DNA from: a virus
Lineage: Duplodnaviria > Caudoviricetes
IMG/VR virus record: IMGVR_UViG_3300025872_000072
Location: 1 to 53,970 of that record
Reading direction: 5' to 3' (one strand)
Length of the DNA: 53,970 nucleotides
Both the position numbers and the translations under genes were made by a program. Below are positions 26,848 through 36,108 of this stretch, piece after piece (position 1 is the stretch's first letter; each line of letters begins with the position of its first letter). Under the pieces are notes generated by a model. That model saw nothing but the letters and a program-made list of their open reading frames with translations. It searched no databases and was not told the DNA's origin.

Positions 26848-27078
26848 TTAGCAGGGATTATTCTTATAGTGCTCAATGAGCTCAAGTATACGGGGAACTT
26901 CATCTTCATCACAATCCTTGTAGGACTTTCCGAGATGATGTCGAAGGCGTTCCCATACATGGGCAAATGAATTTCTAGTTGGATGTGATTCGGATGTAGG
27001 CAACTTTCCTGCGAGGTGTGTGCCTGCCTCATCGACCTTCATGCGAATCAATCTGGTACTCTCTTGTGTCAGTGCCAT
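26848..27078 (-). CDS. Hypothetical protein, paralog of 26606..26836
   Basis: Same motifs and same length (76 aa). Confidence 0.75.
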   Translation of the reverse strand: MALTQESTRLIRMKVDEAGTHLAGKLPTSESHPTRNSFAHVWERLRHHLGKSYKDCDEDEVPRILELIEHYKNNPC

Positions 27079-27087
27079 GGTAACCTA

Positions 27088-27762
27088 CTACTTCTCCTTT
27101 TGAGTTTCCCAGAATGAACGCAGGTACACTTGGAGATGGTCTATAAGTCCATCCATATCTTCCTTCATGACAGAGGCTGCGATCTCAATCCTATCGCCCT
27201 TTGCAGCGATCTCGACTGAATCACGCCGTGGGACCCCAAGTGGTGTGGAACACAGCTCGTGCTCAGAGATGGGTGTGTAACCCCAGAGATCAACGCAAAC
27301 GTTGACCTTCCTGCCATCGACAACAGGAAGGGAGTGTCTGTGGCCATGAACCTGTAGGTCATGGCGTCCTATGACGGAATCAGGCAGGGGCTTATGGCTG
27401 AGCAGCGCCTGCCTTCCATCCTGTAGTATGAGGTTCTTCCTTTGCCAGACTTCGTCAAAGCCTACCTCAAGCATCGTTCGACGTGACCTATCATGGTTGC
27501 CAAGAATGAGGACCTTTCGACCCCTCAGTTTCCTGATGAGCGGTTCTGCATTCTCGGGCTTTCCAAGGAACATGTCACCAACAACGTAGACAGTGTCCTC
27601 CTCACTTACCCTGTCGTTCCAATTGCTGATGAGGACATCATTCATCTCTTCAGTTGATGAGAATGGTCGACTACAGTACTTGATGATGTTATCGTGGTTG
27701 AGATGCAGGTCGCTGGTGAACCAGTTCAAACTAGACTCCAAAGATCTGTCGGACCCTCTCAC
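27088..27762 (-). CDS. Calcineurin-like metallophosphoesterase
   Basis: SDLHLNH, VGD, GNHD, SH, HGHRH. Confidence 0.9.
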   Translation of the reverse strand: MRGSDRSLESSLNWFTSDLHLNHDNIIKYCSRPFSSTEEMNDVLISNWNDRVSEEDTVYVVGDMFLGKPENAEPLIRKLRGRKVLILGNHDRSRRTMLEVGFDEVWQRKNLILQDGRQALLSHKPLPDSVIGRHDLQVHGHRHSLPVVDGRKVNVCVDLWGYTPISEHELCSTPLGVPRRDSVEIAAKGDRIEIAASVMKEDMDGLIDHLQVYLRSFWETQKEK

Positions 27763-28771
27763 CCTGCGTGACGTTGAGCTTCCTCATCTTCGCCTCCTGT
27801 TCAGGAGTGATGTCCTTGGAGAGCTTGCGACCGACATTCTCATCCATCCCCTCTACGAAGGAATTGTAGATTGTCGTTAGCATCTCCGTGGAGTCAACGT
27901 CACCGGCTCGTTCCATGGTCCTTGCCAGTCCTACAATACCATAAGCAAGTTCCGAGATGTTTACATCGTCTGGGTTGAGACCGGGATGCTGTTCGAGGAG
28001 TGAGTCTGCGACGTATGCACCCTCGATGACGTAGTCCGCAATGTCCCTGAAGAAGTTCCTGAAGTCCGTGGATATCGACTGGTAGGTGACGCCTGCCCTG
28101 AACTTCGATGGGACACGTTGGCCGTCCTTTATGCGGGCCATCACGCCCTCAGTGCCGATGGTGAGGACGAGGTAATCACCAAGAGCCTTGTAGAGGTTGC
28201 CGGTGACGTAGCCCTTGATACCACGCTCTGGTGTGTACCTTCCCTTCATCCACTCTGAGTAGGCTGGGTGTGTGACGACAGTGTCGACCTGTGCCAGTCC
28301 CCCTGATGGAACCTTGACGATGATCATGAGAGGGTGACCACCGACTGTGAGCTCTACATCAACCGTGGGAGGCCTGACTGTCGTGAGATACTCGGTAAGA
28401 AGGTCAGTGTATTCCTTGACAGAAGCTGACTCCTCCTTTCTCCTCTCAGTCATGTCCTTGCCTGTGTAGTTCACTGGAAAGGAGACGAGGTAGTCGATGT
28501 CACCATATGTCGCGCTGGGCCTATCGACAATGTCACGCTCTGCATGAGTGGAAGAACCAGTCGGACGTATGGGTTCGAGTGGTGCCTTGCCCTTGGTGGA
28601 GAGCCAGCCGTTGAAACCTTTTAAAAATTCTCTGTAGACAGAGCTCGCTTCTCTTACTAAGGACGGAGTAAGATCTCTACGATGCTCAGGCGGCAGTTTA
28701 AGTCCACCCTCCCTGAGGAGATGCCTGATCAGATACCGAAGTTCATTTAACTGATGCATTTTAATGGTCAC
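27731..28771 (-). CDS. Pol-beta superfamily nucleotidyltransferase with a virion-type leader
   Basis: LRYLIRHLLREGG leader; TGSS...YGDID...QVD catalytic pattern. Confidence 0.65.
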   Translation of the reverse strand: MTIKMHQLNELRYLIRHLLREGGLKLPPEHRRDLTPSLVREASSVYREFLKGFNGWLSTKGKAPLEPIRPTGSSTHAERDIVDRPSATYGDIDYLVSFPVNYTGKDMTERRKEESASVKEYTDLLTEYLTTVRPPTVDVELTVGGHPLMIIVKVPSGGLAQVDTVVTHPAYSEWMKGRYTPERGIKGYVTGNLYKALGDYLVLTIGTEGVMARIKDGQRVPSKFRAGVTYQSISTDFRNFFRDIADYVIEGAYVADSLLEQHPGLNPDDVNISELAYGIVGLARTMERAGDVDSTEMLTTIYNSFVEGMDENVGRKLSKDITPEQEAKMRKLNVTQGERVRQIFGV

Positions 28772-28788
28772 TCACGAGCTTTTGTAAA

Positions 28789-29658
28789 CTACTTGACGTC
28801 CTTGAGCAGCCTACCGTAAAGGTTGGTGCCATCTGAGACGAACATCGCGATGTCTACGGCGTTTGCTGCTGTCGACAGGGTCTTGATTCCACCCTCAAAC
28901 TTGTAAACAGCGTTCCAGTTCAAGCTCCTGCTTCCATTAGCGTCCTGCTTGATTATCATGGTGTAGTTGCCTCCTGCGACAAGGTTGGTTGGGGCTGCCA
29001 TTGTTCTGTTGCCACCAAGAGTCACCTGGAAGACTCCGCCCAAATCGGCATTCCAATTTAGGATGGGTGCATCAGCGACAACCTGGACAGAGGAGCCTAT
29101 CTGCTTTCCCTGGACCCTTGCGGCGCTGAGGTTGTTGGTCACCGTTGTAGAACCCAAAGAGCCCGATCCAATCGTGATAAGACCATCAGCCTGTACCTGG
29201 AGAAGCGTTTCTACAACTGGCCCTGTGTTTCTCCTAACCCGGAATTGCGGTGTGGAAGTTGAACCAGACAGTGTTACTTCAAATCTATTGTTCAAGGGGG
29301 TGCTAACAAGCAAGTGACCTGTGTTGTTTGCAATTGCTGCGTTTGCACCGTCGTGAAAGATCTGTAGGTTCTGCCCGTTGCCTGCCTCTAGCTTGATTGT
29401 GTTATTGAGCTCGAGGTCACCACGGACTATCTTGATTGCAGGACCAGATGCAGAAGGCCCATAGATCTCAAGGGTTCCTGATACTACTATTGCAGTTCCG
29501 GAGGCGGCGTCTATGTTTAGTGGACCAGCATCAGCCACAATAGATCGACCCAGTCCTAAACCGCCATTGTCGTATGCGTCATCTAGTGAGTAGACGATAT
29601 CGCTTGAGTCAAGACTGTCTGCGCCTACCTGTGCTCCCCTGATTCTTGTCTGCGGCAT
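28789..29658 (-). CDS. Tail-fibre-type structural protein
   Basis: SLDDAYDNG; C-terminal VTLGGNRT...IKQDANGSRSLNW...LSTAANAVD domain typical of fibre tips. Confidence 0.65.
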   Translation of the reverse strand: MPQTRIRGAQVGADSLDSSDIVYSLDDAYDNGGLGLGRSIVADAGPLNIDAASGTAIVVSGTLEIYGPSASGPAIKIVRGDLELNNTIKLEAGNGQNLQIFHDGANAAIANNTGHLLVSTPLNNRFEVTLSGSTSTPQFRVRRNTGPVVETLLQVQADGLITIGSGSLGSTTVTNNLSAARVQGKQIGSSVQVVADAPILNWNADLGGVFQVTLGGNRTMAAPTNLVAGGNYTMIIKQDANGSRSLNWNAVYKFEGGIKTLSTAANAVDIAMFVSDGTNLYGRLLKDVK

Positions 29659-29664
29659 GATTCC

Positions 29665-30435
29665 TCACTTAATTCTTTTCTCAGGCCTAACACCAAGCTT
29701 CCGCCGATCAGCACCTGACTTTATCCTCTTTACCCTGCCGAGCCTATCGATGACATCAAACTCTGGCTGAGATTCAAGCTCCTTCACGATATCTATCAGG
29801 GTCTTCTCATCTGGTGCAGAGATTTCCATGATGGTGCAACAACGACGAAGGACGAGAACACGTTTAGGAAGGTCACCAAATGAAGTGCCCCACACCCAAC
29901 TCAGTGTCCTTTGCATGCCCTCCATCTCTTTCCTAATTGATGCTATCTTCTTCTCAAGGGCTGTCTCAATTTCTGCATCAGGAAGATCCAACTGTATGTC
30001 TAGTTCTGCTGCGACCTGTGCTACAACATCATAGTTTCCCGTTTGGTAGGCCTCAGTTGCCTCCCTGTACAGTTCGACCATCCTCTCACGTTGAGCGTCA
30101 GTTAGATTTTCATCCGGACCAACACGGTCCGGATGAGTCAGAAGCGCAATTTGCCTGTAGGCTTTCTTTGCCCACTTGGGCCTATCATCGACTGAATCCT
30201 CATGTGTTTCCTCTGGGATAGGAGGATTTGAAGGAGGTGAAGAGTCAGGTTGTGCCTGCTGCACAGAACGACGATTGTCTGGTGTCTTTGATTGCTCGAC
30301 TACACGATTGAACTTGGCAAGAGCTGTGACCGCTCTGTTCGTGTCAAAGTCATACTGAGCTTTTCTTTCAAGGAGCTCATCGTGTTCAATCTTGAGGTTA
30401 CGAAGAGTCCTCGCAAGTGCTGAGGACCTGCTCAC
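29665..30435 (-). CDS. J-domain (DnaJ-type) protein
   Basis: KKAYRQIALLTHPDR...ATEAY central J domain. Confidence 0.8.
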   Translation of the reverse strand: MSRSSALARTLRNLKIEHDELLERKAQYDFDTNRAVTALAKFNRVVEQSKTPDNRRSVQQAQPDSSPPSNPPIPEETHEDSVDDRPKWAKKAYRQIALLTHPDRVGPDENLTDAQRERMVELYREATEAYQTGNYDVVAQVAAELDIQLDLPDAEIETALEKKIASIRKEMEGMQRTLSWVWGTSFGDLPKRVLVLRRCCTIMEISAPDEKTLIDIVKELESQPEFDVIDRLGRVKRIKSGADRRKLGVRPEKRIK

Positions 30436-30687
30436 TTACTTGCCCTTCCGAAACTCTCTCCACAGCTCAAGGGGCCACAGAAGTGACTGCGAATAGCGAG
30501 ACTTTAGTTTCTCTTCCATATCAAGGCACTCCCTCTTAGTCTCACGTGAACGAGATACCTCGCCAAGGTCACGAACAAAATTCGTAACGACTACCTTTGA
30601 AACGAGTGATGAAAGGGCGATGAAGGTGTACTCGATTGGTACAACAACGGCAAGTGTGACAAGGATCGTCTGTAGTGTGTCTGACAT
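30436..30687 (-). CDS. Small membrane protein
   Basis: Hydrophobic N-terminal segment; GAGGT SD before the ATG at 30687. Confidence 0.55.
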   Translation of the reverse strand: MSDTLQTILVTLAVVVPIEYTFIALSSLVSKVVVTNFVRDLGEVSRSRETKRECLDMEEKLKSRYSQSLLWPLELWREFRKGK

Positions 30688-30700
30688 TTTGACCTCACAT

Positions 30701-31174
30701 CTAAGTATCAGTCTTTCTTTGCTTCTTGATTCGTTCTGCTTCCCTAACTGTTGAAATCTTTTCAGGATGACGCGGATCTCCAGTTCCATCGACAACCCTG
30801 TTTATTGCTGCCGCCTTTCCCTCGTATGATCCTCGCCTGCCGCCGATGAATGATATAGTTCCCTCGATCACGGCGACTCTCTCGCTAAGTGCTATTGCTC
30901 TGTCCCGCAACCGTAGCGGTTCCGTCCTTGCAAACTCACCAAGCTTAGCGAGGCCCCCAACGGCTATCTTCACCTTCTCATCATGCGATTCGTTTCTCGA
31001 TATTTCGTCGTTCACAGACTTGATGAACCGCTCTATCTCGTTAAGCACTTTTGTGCATCGCATGTCAGCCTGTGCTTCCTGCTGTTCATGCCTTGCATTT
31101 GCAAGGTTCTCCTCAAGGGAGCCAATGACTTCGGTGAGCTCTACTATTCTGTCTTCAATTTGCTGTAGTTGCAT
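30701..31174 (-). CDS. Coiled-coil hypothetical protein
   Basis: 157 aa with a heptad pattern. Confidence 0.65.
   Translation of the reverse strand: MQLQQIEDRIVELTEVIGSLEENLANARHEQQEAQADMRCTKVLNEIERFIKSVNDEISRNESHDEKVKIAVGGLAKLGEFARTEPLRLRDRAIALSERVAVIEGTISFIGGRRGSYEGKAAAINRVVDGTGDPRHPEKISTVREAERIKKQRKTDT
30702..30708 (-). promoter_or_regulatory. Putative late promoter ATACTTA
   Basis: Variant of the recurrent heptamer. Confidence 0.5.
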
Positions 31175-31207
31175 GAAGTAATGTTAGTGCCGATCCTTAA
31201 AAGTAAA

Positions 31208-31234
31208 CGGCGGGGGCCGCAAGGACCCCCGCCG
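31208..31234 (-). terminator. Intrinsic terminator
   Basis: CGGCGGGGG/CCCCCGCCG stem followed by TTTACTTTT on the minus strand. Confidence 0.85.
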
Positions 31235-31256
31235 ACCCGTTACCGGGCTTTACTGA

Positions 31257-33122
31257 TCAGCGGATGATTGCCACGACCACATCTTCGGCCTTGATGGGGA
31301 AGGCGAAGTCGATACGGTCGGAGGCGATGGCCACTGTGTAGTCGCCGCTGGCTCCCTGCACCATGAGCTGGCCGTTCAGGTAGACGTCGAGGCGTGAAGC
31401 GGCGACGCCGGCATCCGCGAAGACGCCCATGTCGAGGCTTGCGAGGGTGACAGGGTACTTGCTGGTGCCAACGTCCTGCTGCACGTCTGTGGCAATCGAG
31501 ATGACCTCCTTGCCCTTTCCACCTGCTGTGCCGTTTGCAAGCTCAACGAGTGCGCCAACGATCGACGTAGCAGTGAATGCTGCATCGAAGAGTGCGTACT
31601 CACCTGCCTTGGCGAGCTCGTATGCACCCTGTGCATCGTCGAACTTGATGTAGCCAGTAGTCTCGAGCTTCAGATCGGAGCCATCAGCAAGGATGTCGTG
31701 TGCAGTTCCGATGTTGAGGGCGGCAAACTGCGGTGAGGCAGTGCTGCGGAGGTCCTGTGACTGGGACAGGGCGACCTTGAAGCCTTCCTGAGCGATGGAG
31801 AGGCCAACGTCAGCCTGGACCGTGAAGAACTCGTTCCAAGCTGCGGCAGACACCGCACCGTTTGCACCAACCTTGAGGGCCTTGCCAGCGTCAGCTGCGA
31901 GGTCACCAAGTGTGAGGCTGTCGAACTCCACGTCTGCATTGGTGTCGATGCTCTGGGGGAGGCTGAGGACCACGCTGCCTGCAAGGGATCCCTCGGCAAG
32001 GCTCACCTGGTTCAGAGTACCAGTGATGAAGTCCATTGCCTTGGCATCCACGAGCTTGCCATTGGAGTCGGCCTTGACCAGCTTGAGGCTGAGGTTCGAG
32101 AAGGTGCCAGAGGGGGCCAGGATGCCTTCGGAGAACTCCCAGTACTTGCTGGTGTTCGACCAGATGATTGTCTTGTCGGTTGCACCCTTGAGTGTGATAC
32201 CGCCACCATCAGCTGTGGTGTCGGTGGGAGAAGCGACCGAGGCAAGCTCGATGTTCTTGTCATCGACTGACAGTGTGGTGGAGTTCACCGTGGTGGTTGT
32301 GCCATTGACGGTGAGGTCACCGGCGACGACGACATTCAGACCGAAGGTGCTTGTTCCCACGGTAAGGACGTCGGTGGATGCATCGTATGTGAATCCACCC
32401 TCATCCACGAGCTGCTTGTTGTCACCAACGTAGACAACACGACCTGCAGTGAGGTTGCTGCCTGTGATGACTGCAGCCTGGAGACCACCGCCTGGGATGA
32501 ACTTCAGGTTAGCATCTGACCTGAGGTCCTTGCCACCACTCTGGAAGACAAGGGCACCGCCGCCGCCGGTGAGAGCCTCAGAACGAAGGTCCTGGGCGAC
32601 GTGGATGACGGATGATGAGACCACAGTGCCTGCAACGCTCAGCTTCAGACCACCACCGGCCCAAAGGTCAACCTTACCTGCAGTTCCCATGCCGACAACC
32701 TCGACCTTCTGGTCGTTGCCTGCAGAGATCTTCATTCCACCGAGAGCTGCCTTGATGCTGAGGTCATGCTGCTCGGCCCTGAGCTCGTGCTGGAAGTTAC
32801 CAACGAATGCGAAGTCGCCTGAGCCGCTGACGTGACCAGCGCCATTCAGGACAACGAACTTGTCGTCGCCTGAAACGTTCTGCACCTTGAGGTCACCGCC
32901 CTTGACGGTGGTGTTCTGGGTGAAGAGACCTGCGTCCTGGTTTGCGAAGTCAGCGCCGTGGATTCTCTTGATGGCTGATGCCATGTCTGAGAGGACCTCG
33001 GAGACGTCGTTTGATGCCATCGAGCCGAATGCACCGCCCTTTGACTTTGCCTGACTGATCTGGCCAGCGCCTGAACCGTATGAGCCGGTGAGGGAGTCTA
33101 GCCTAAGCTGTGTACGTGCCAT
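31257..33122 (-). CDS. Fibre/decoration-type structural protein
   Basis: GDLTVNGTTTTVNSTTLSVDDKNIEL...ADGGGITLKG is typical of phage fibres. C-terminal VYLNGQL domain; strong codon bias. Confidence 0.75.
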   Translation of the reverse strand: MARTQLRLDSLTGSYGSGAGQISQAKSKGGAFGSMASNDVSEVLSDMASAIKRIHGADFANQDAGLFTQNTTVKGGDLKVQNVSGDDKFVVLNGAGHVSGSGDFAFVGNFQHELRAEQHDLSIKAALGGMKISAGNDQKVEVVGMGTAGKVDLWAGGGLKLSVAGTVVSSSVIHVAQDLRSEALTGGGGALVFQSGGKDLRSDANLKFIPGGGLQAAVITGSNLTAGRVVYVGDNKQLVDEGGFTYDASTDVLTVGTSTFGLNVVVAGDLTVNGTTTTVNSTTLSVDDKNIELASVASPTDTTADGGGITLKGATDKTIIWSNTSKYWEFSEGILAPSGTFSNLSLKLVKADSNGKLVDAKAMDFITGTLNQVSLAEGSLAGSVVLSLPQSIDTNADVEFDSLTLGDLAADAGKALKVGANGAVSAAAWNEFFTVQADVGLSIAQEGFKVALSQSQDLRSTASPQFAALNIGTAHDILADGSDLKLETTGYIKFDDAQGAYELAKAGEYALFDAAFTATSIVGALVELANGTAGGKGKEVISIATDVQQDVGTSKYPVTLASLDMGVFADAGVAASRLDVYLNGQLMVQGASGDYTVAIASDRIDFAFPIKAEDVVVAIIR

Positions 33123-33271
33123 TGTCTTTGTCCTTTTGTCTTGAGTTTTTGCCTTCGGCCACCATGGCCTTGGGCCACCTGGACTGGACCGTGGTCCAAA
33201 GAAGTTCCGTCGTCCGGGCTCGTAGCCCTTAGCGGTTTCCTACTCGACTTGGACTAGACTTTTTACTGGGC
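33123..33271 (-). promoter_or_regulatory. Long structured intergenic leader
   Basis: 149-nt non-coding gap with short hairpins and a 10-nt near-repeat, followed by an A-rich RBS region. Confidence 0.4.
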
Positions 33272-33505
33272 TCATGGCCCGTAGAGTCTCCGCTTCAGTT
33301 GTCGCATTGCTGCGTCATACCTCGGAAACTCTGATCTTACATATTCCTGCTCAAGCTCATTTTCACTTTCAGAGAAACTTTCAAAAATAAATTCGAACTT
33401 TCCTCTCTCGCGTCCAACAGACAGGAGGCGCTTCCCACGCATCACAAGAAAGGCCGCTAGGGAAATGTCCGATGTGGTGAAGTTCATTGATGTTGCGTCC
33501 TGCAT
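33272..33505 (-). CDS. DUF5659-like small protein
   Basis: FTTSDISLAAFL...G..L......GK..F.F pattern; alternative start at 33487. Confidence 0.55.
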   Translation of the reverse strand: MQDATSMNFTTSDISLAAFLVMRGKRLLSVGRERGKFEFIFESFSESENELEQEYVRSEFPRYDAAMRQLKRRLYGP

Positions 33506-33544
33506 TTCAAAATATGCAACCCACGTAAGTCATGAAACGATTCA

Positions 33545-35479
33545 TCAAACATGTGTGTAAGTTGCCAGACAGACATCATCTTGTTGGTAGGATGTCCCCG
33601 TGATCTCAAGGTTCTTACCAGTAAGAGTGTAATCTTTTGTACCACCTGCAGTGAGGAGCTGGCCGTTGTAGAAGAGCATCAGTGAGTTTGGAGGATCGGG
33701 TTCGTGCTCAAGAACACCCTGTGTGATGCCATCTGTCACGGTTAGCTGCACACTCTCATTGAACTTATATGACTTGGCATCTGTTGCATAACGATACATT
33801 GCAAAGATGACATCATCAGGCAGGGGCATGACATCCGGATTGAATGTGATGACCCTTCCGTTAAGGACAAAATCGTGTGATTCTCCAACCTTGAGCAACT
33901 GTCCATTGTGAAACAATAGGAGTGATGATGAGGGACTTGGAACGTTTGCAAGTTCAAACTCCCTATTGACCCCATCTATCACACCAACAGGAACTTCATT
34001 TAGGACAATCTGCCCATTCACGGCAGTTCCTGATCCACCACCGCCTGTGGCACGAAGAACGTTGATGTCCTGCGCAATGCTAGAGCTTATCGTGAGGATT
34101 GATGACTGATTCGCAGAAACTGCAAGACCGATACTGCTAATATCGGTTGCAACTGAGCCCGACAAACTTGTTATAGAGTTCAATATGCTGCTGAACTGTG
34201 ACTCATTGAGGGCGGATATTGCTTCTAGCTCACTTACTCTTGTCGAAAAAGATGATGACACAGAGCCGAACGTAGTTTCAAACGTTGAAAAGTCCAGTCT
34301 CAGATCACTATAGTCGAGAGCAATTGATGACGATAGGTTTGACAAAGACGATGAAACGCCGTTAATGCTCGACGAAAGTGTCAAAATACTTTGAGCAAAC
34401 GATCCTGACGTTGAGTAGTAGCTTGAACTCACACTATTGAATCTTGCCGTTATCTGACTATCGTAGGTTTTTAGTGACCTGATGTCAGATGCTATTGATG
34501 AAGAGGCACTAGTCAAGGCCTGCGAGTTTAGTTCAATGCTTGATGCAAGTGACTCAGAAACACTGAACAATGAAGCGTTCAGGTTTGCAATAGCATCATT
34601 GGTGTTTGTGGTAAGCGCCTGTATGTTGGCAGCAAAAGCGCCAGATGCACTTTCAAGTACAGTTACTCTTCCCGAAAGGGATGATGAGAGAGCAGATTGT
34701 TGGGAAGAAAAGGATGAGGATGCGATCTCTAGCCTTGCAACTCTCGTTGCGAGAGATGATGAGAGTGAACTTATTGTGCTAGTGATCGACGATGATAACG
34801 TTTGCCTTGCAGTCGTCTCGGCGTTGATCATGGTTGTCAAGGTGTTGACGTTTGTCGTCAGGGCATTTGACAGAGTAGATCTTAAGGCAATCTCATTGTT
34901 GAGGCTCGTCTGTAGGTTTGATATGCTTACATTCTGAGCGCTTTCGGCAGCTGCGACGGAAGCTACTGTAGACTCTACGCTCGTAAGCCTAGCATCATAA
35001 GTTCCAACATTAGCGTTGAGGGCATTGAACTGATTTGTAATCGTAGTGAAGCCGCTTGAGACATCATCAAACTCATCGGATATTGAACTCCACCCTGCCT
35101 GTATTGTAGAGAACTGGGACTCAACAGAGTCCATCCTCGCCTCAACGGACTCAGCAATGGCAAGTATCTCGGATACGTCTCTGCCTTCTGTCGTGTCTAT
35201 CGTGACTGAGCCGTCTTCGTTGAGGACTACGGATGTATTCAAGCCCTCACGAATGGAACAGGTGCCATCAGGGAACTTATAGACCCCTGTGGCACCTCCT
35301 GTTACGCTTAGTTCACCGTTGACAGTGAGGTCTGCCTCATCTCCAACGACGCCGATGTATGTGTCATGTGCAGTGAAGACCGTCTGAACTTCAGACGACA
35401 ACTTCTTCCTGATCGTCAGGAATCCTTCACTGTTGAGTACTTTACGCTCTACTGGAGCGCTGAGGGGTGCTTTTGCCAC
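33545..35479 (-). CDS. Ser-rich coiled-coil fibre-like structural protein
   Basis: Long SxS-rich heptad region and two C-terminal LxLF(H/Y)NGQLL repeats related to the C-terminus of 31257..33122. Confidence 0.7.
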   Translation of the reverse strand: MAKAPLSAPVERKVLNSEGFLTIRKKLSSEVQTVFTAHDTYIGVVGDEADLTVNGELSVTGGATGVYKFPDGTCSIREGLNTSVVLNEDGSVTIDTTEGRDVSEILAIAESVEARMDSVESQFSTIQAGWSSISDEFDDVSSGFTTITNQFNALNANVGTYDARLTSVESTVASVAAAESAQNVSISNLQTSLNNEIALRSTLSNALTTNVNTLTTMINAETTARQTLSSSITSTISSLSSSLATRVARLEIASSSFSSQQSALSSSLSGRVTVLESASGAFAANIQALTTNTNDAIANLNASLFSVSESLASSIELNSQALTSASSSIASDIRSLKTYDSQITARFNSVSSSYYSTSGSFAQSILTLSSSINGVSSSLSNLSSSIALDYSDLRLDFSTFETTFGSVSSSFSTRVSELEAISALNESQFSSILNSITSLSGSVATDISSIGLAVSANQSSILTISSSIAQDINVLRATGGGGSGTAVNGQIVLNEVPVGVIDGVNREFELANVPSPSSSLLLFHNGQLLKVGESHDFVLNGRVITFNPDVMPLPDDVIFAMYRYATDAKSYKFNESVQLTVTDGITQGVLEHEPDPPNSLMLFYNGQLLTAGGTKDYTLTGKNLEITGTSYQQDDVCLATYTHV

Positions 35480-35484
35480 ATCCC

Positions 35485-35491
35485 TAAGTAT
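35485..35491 (-). promoter_or_regulatory. Putative late promoter ATACTTA (leaderless start 5 nt downstream)
   Basis: Recurrent heptamer. Confidence 0.5.
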
Positions 35492-35497
35492 TCAGGA

Positions 35498-35881
35498 TCA
35501 GTAGCCCTCTTGAATACGACGCAGGATCTTGTTGTGCTTTGATCGATAAGCTTTCACAAACTCATCGGCATCAATTCCAAGTAGCACAAGGACTGACAGA
35601 AAGTAGTTCATCGCGTCTACGGTCTCTTCAAGGAACGCATTACGATCAAAGTCAGGAAGGTCCGTCTGCCTGTGCGGCTTTGAGTTCTTCAGATGCTGGA
35701 TCGCCTCGAACATTTCCTCAACACCACGTAGAGCAACGTCCTTAATCATGACCTGGTTTGACTTTATTGTTGGGTCAACAGGCCACTCACAATACGTGCC
35801 TGGCACATTCTCACGCAAAGCAAGCATAAACTGCTCACGTAATTCAAACATCTCTTCGAGCTTATCGATTTCCGAGCTCAT
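35498..35881 (-). CDS. All-alpha dimeric dUTPase / MazG-like NTP pyrophosphatase
   Basis: EEMFEA..HLKNSKPH, FLEETVDAMNYF, Y..K......R...GY. Confidence 0.8.
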   Translation of the reverse strand: MSSEIDKLEEMFELREQFMLALRENVPGTYCEWPVDPTIKSNQVMIKDVALRGVEEMFEAIQHLKNSKPHRQTDLPDFDRNAFLEETVDAMNYFLSVLVLLGIDADEFVKAYRSKHNKILRRIQEGY

Positions 35882-36068
35882 TTGCGGTCTCCAGCATGCG
35901 ATTAATGCTATCGTCAAGACCCTTTAGGAAATCCTGATCGGGATCGATCACATCACCGTTCAAGGTGAAACGCATGAGACGAAGATTGTCGGTCACGTCC
36001 GTTCCAGTCAGGATGGCCATCTGTATGAGCTTTGCAATTGAGGCAATTGAATTGTCAGAAAGTCGCAT
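35862..36068 (-). CDS. Small hypothetical protein
   Basis: ATG at 36068 with AAGGAG SD. Confidence 0.65.
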   Translation of the reverse strand: MRLSDNSIASIAKLIQMAILTGTDVTDNLRLMRFTLNGDVIDPDQDFLKGLDDSINRMLETANELGNR

Positions 36069-36108
36069 GTCTTCTCCTTCTTGAATAGTAACCCGTGAAT
36101 ATCCGTGT

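Noticed and set aside
33205-33236. Resemblance to pistol ribozyme segments (CGTCGTCCGGGC...AGCCCTTAGCG) on the plus strand
   Set aside because: The P1 partner strand and the conserved linker are missing, and it lies antisense to transcription. An Infernal search would settle it.
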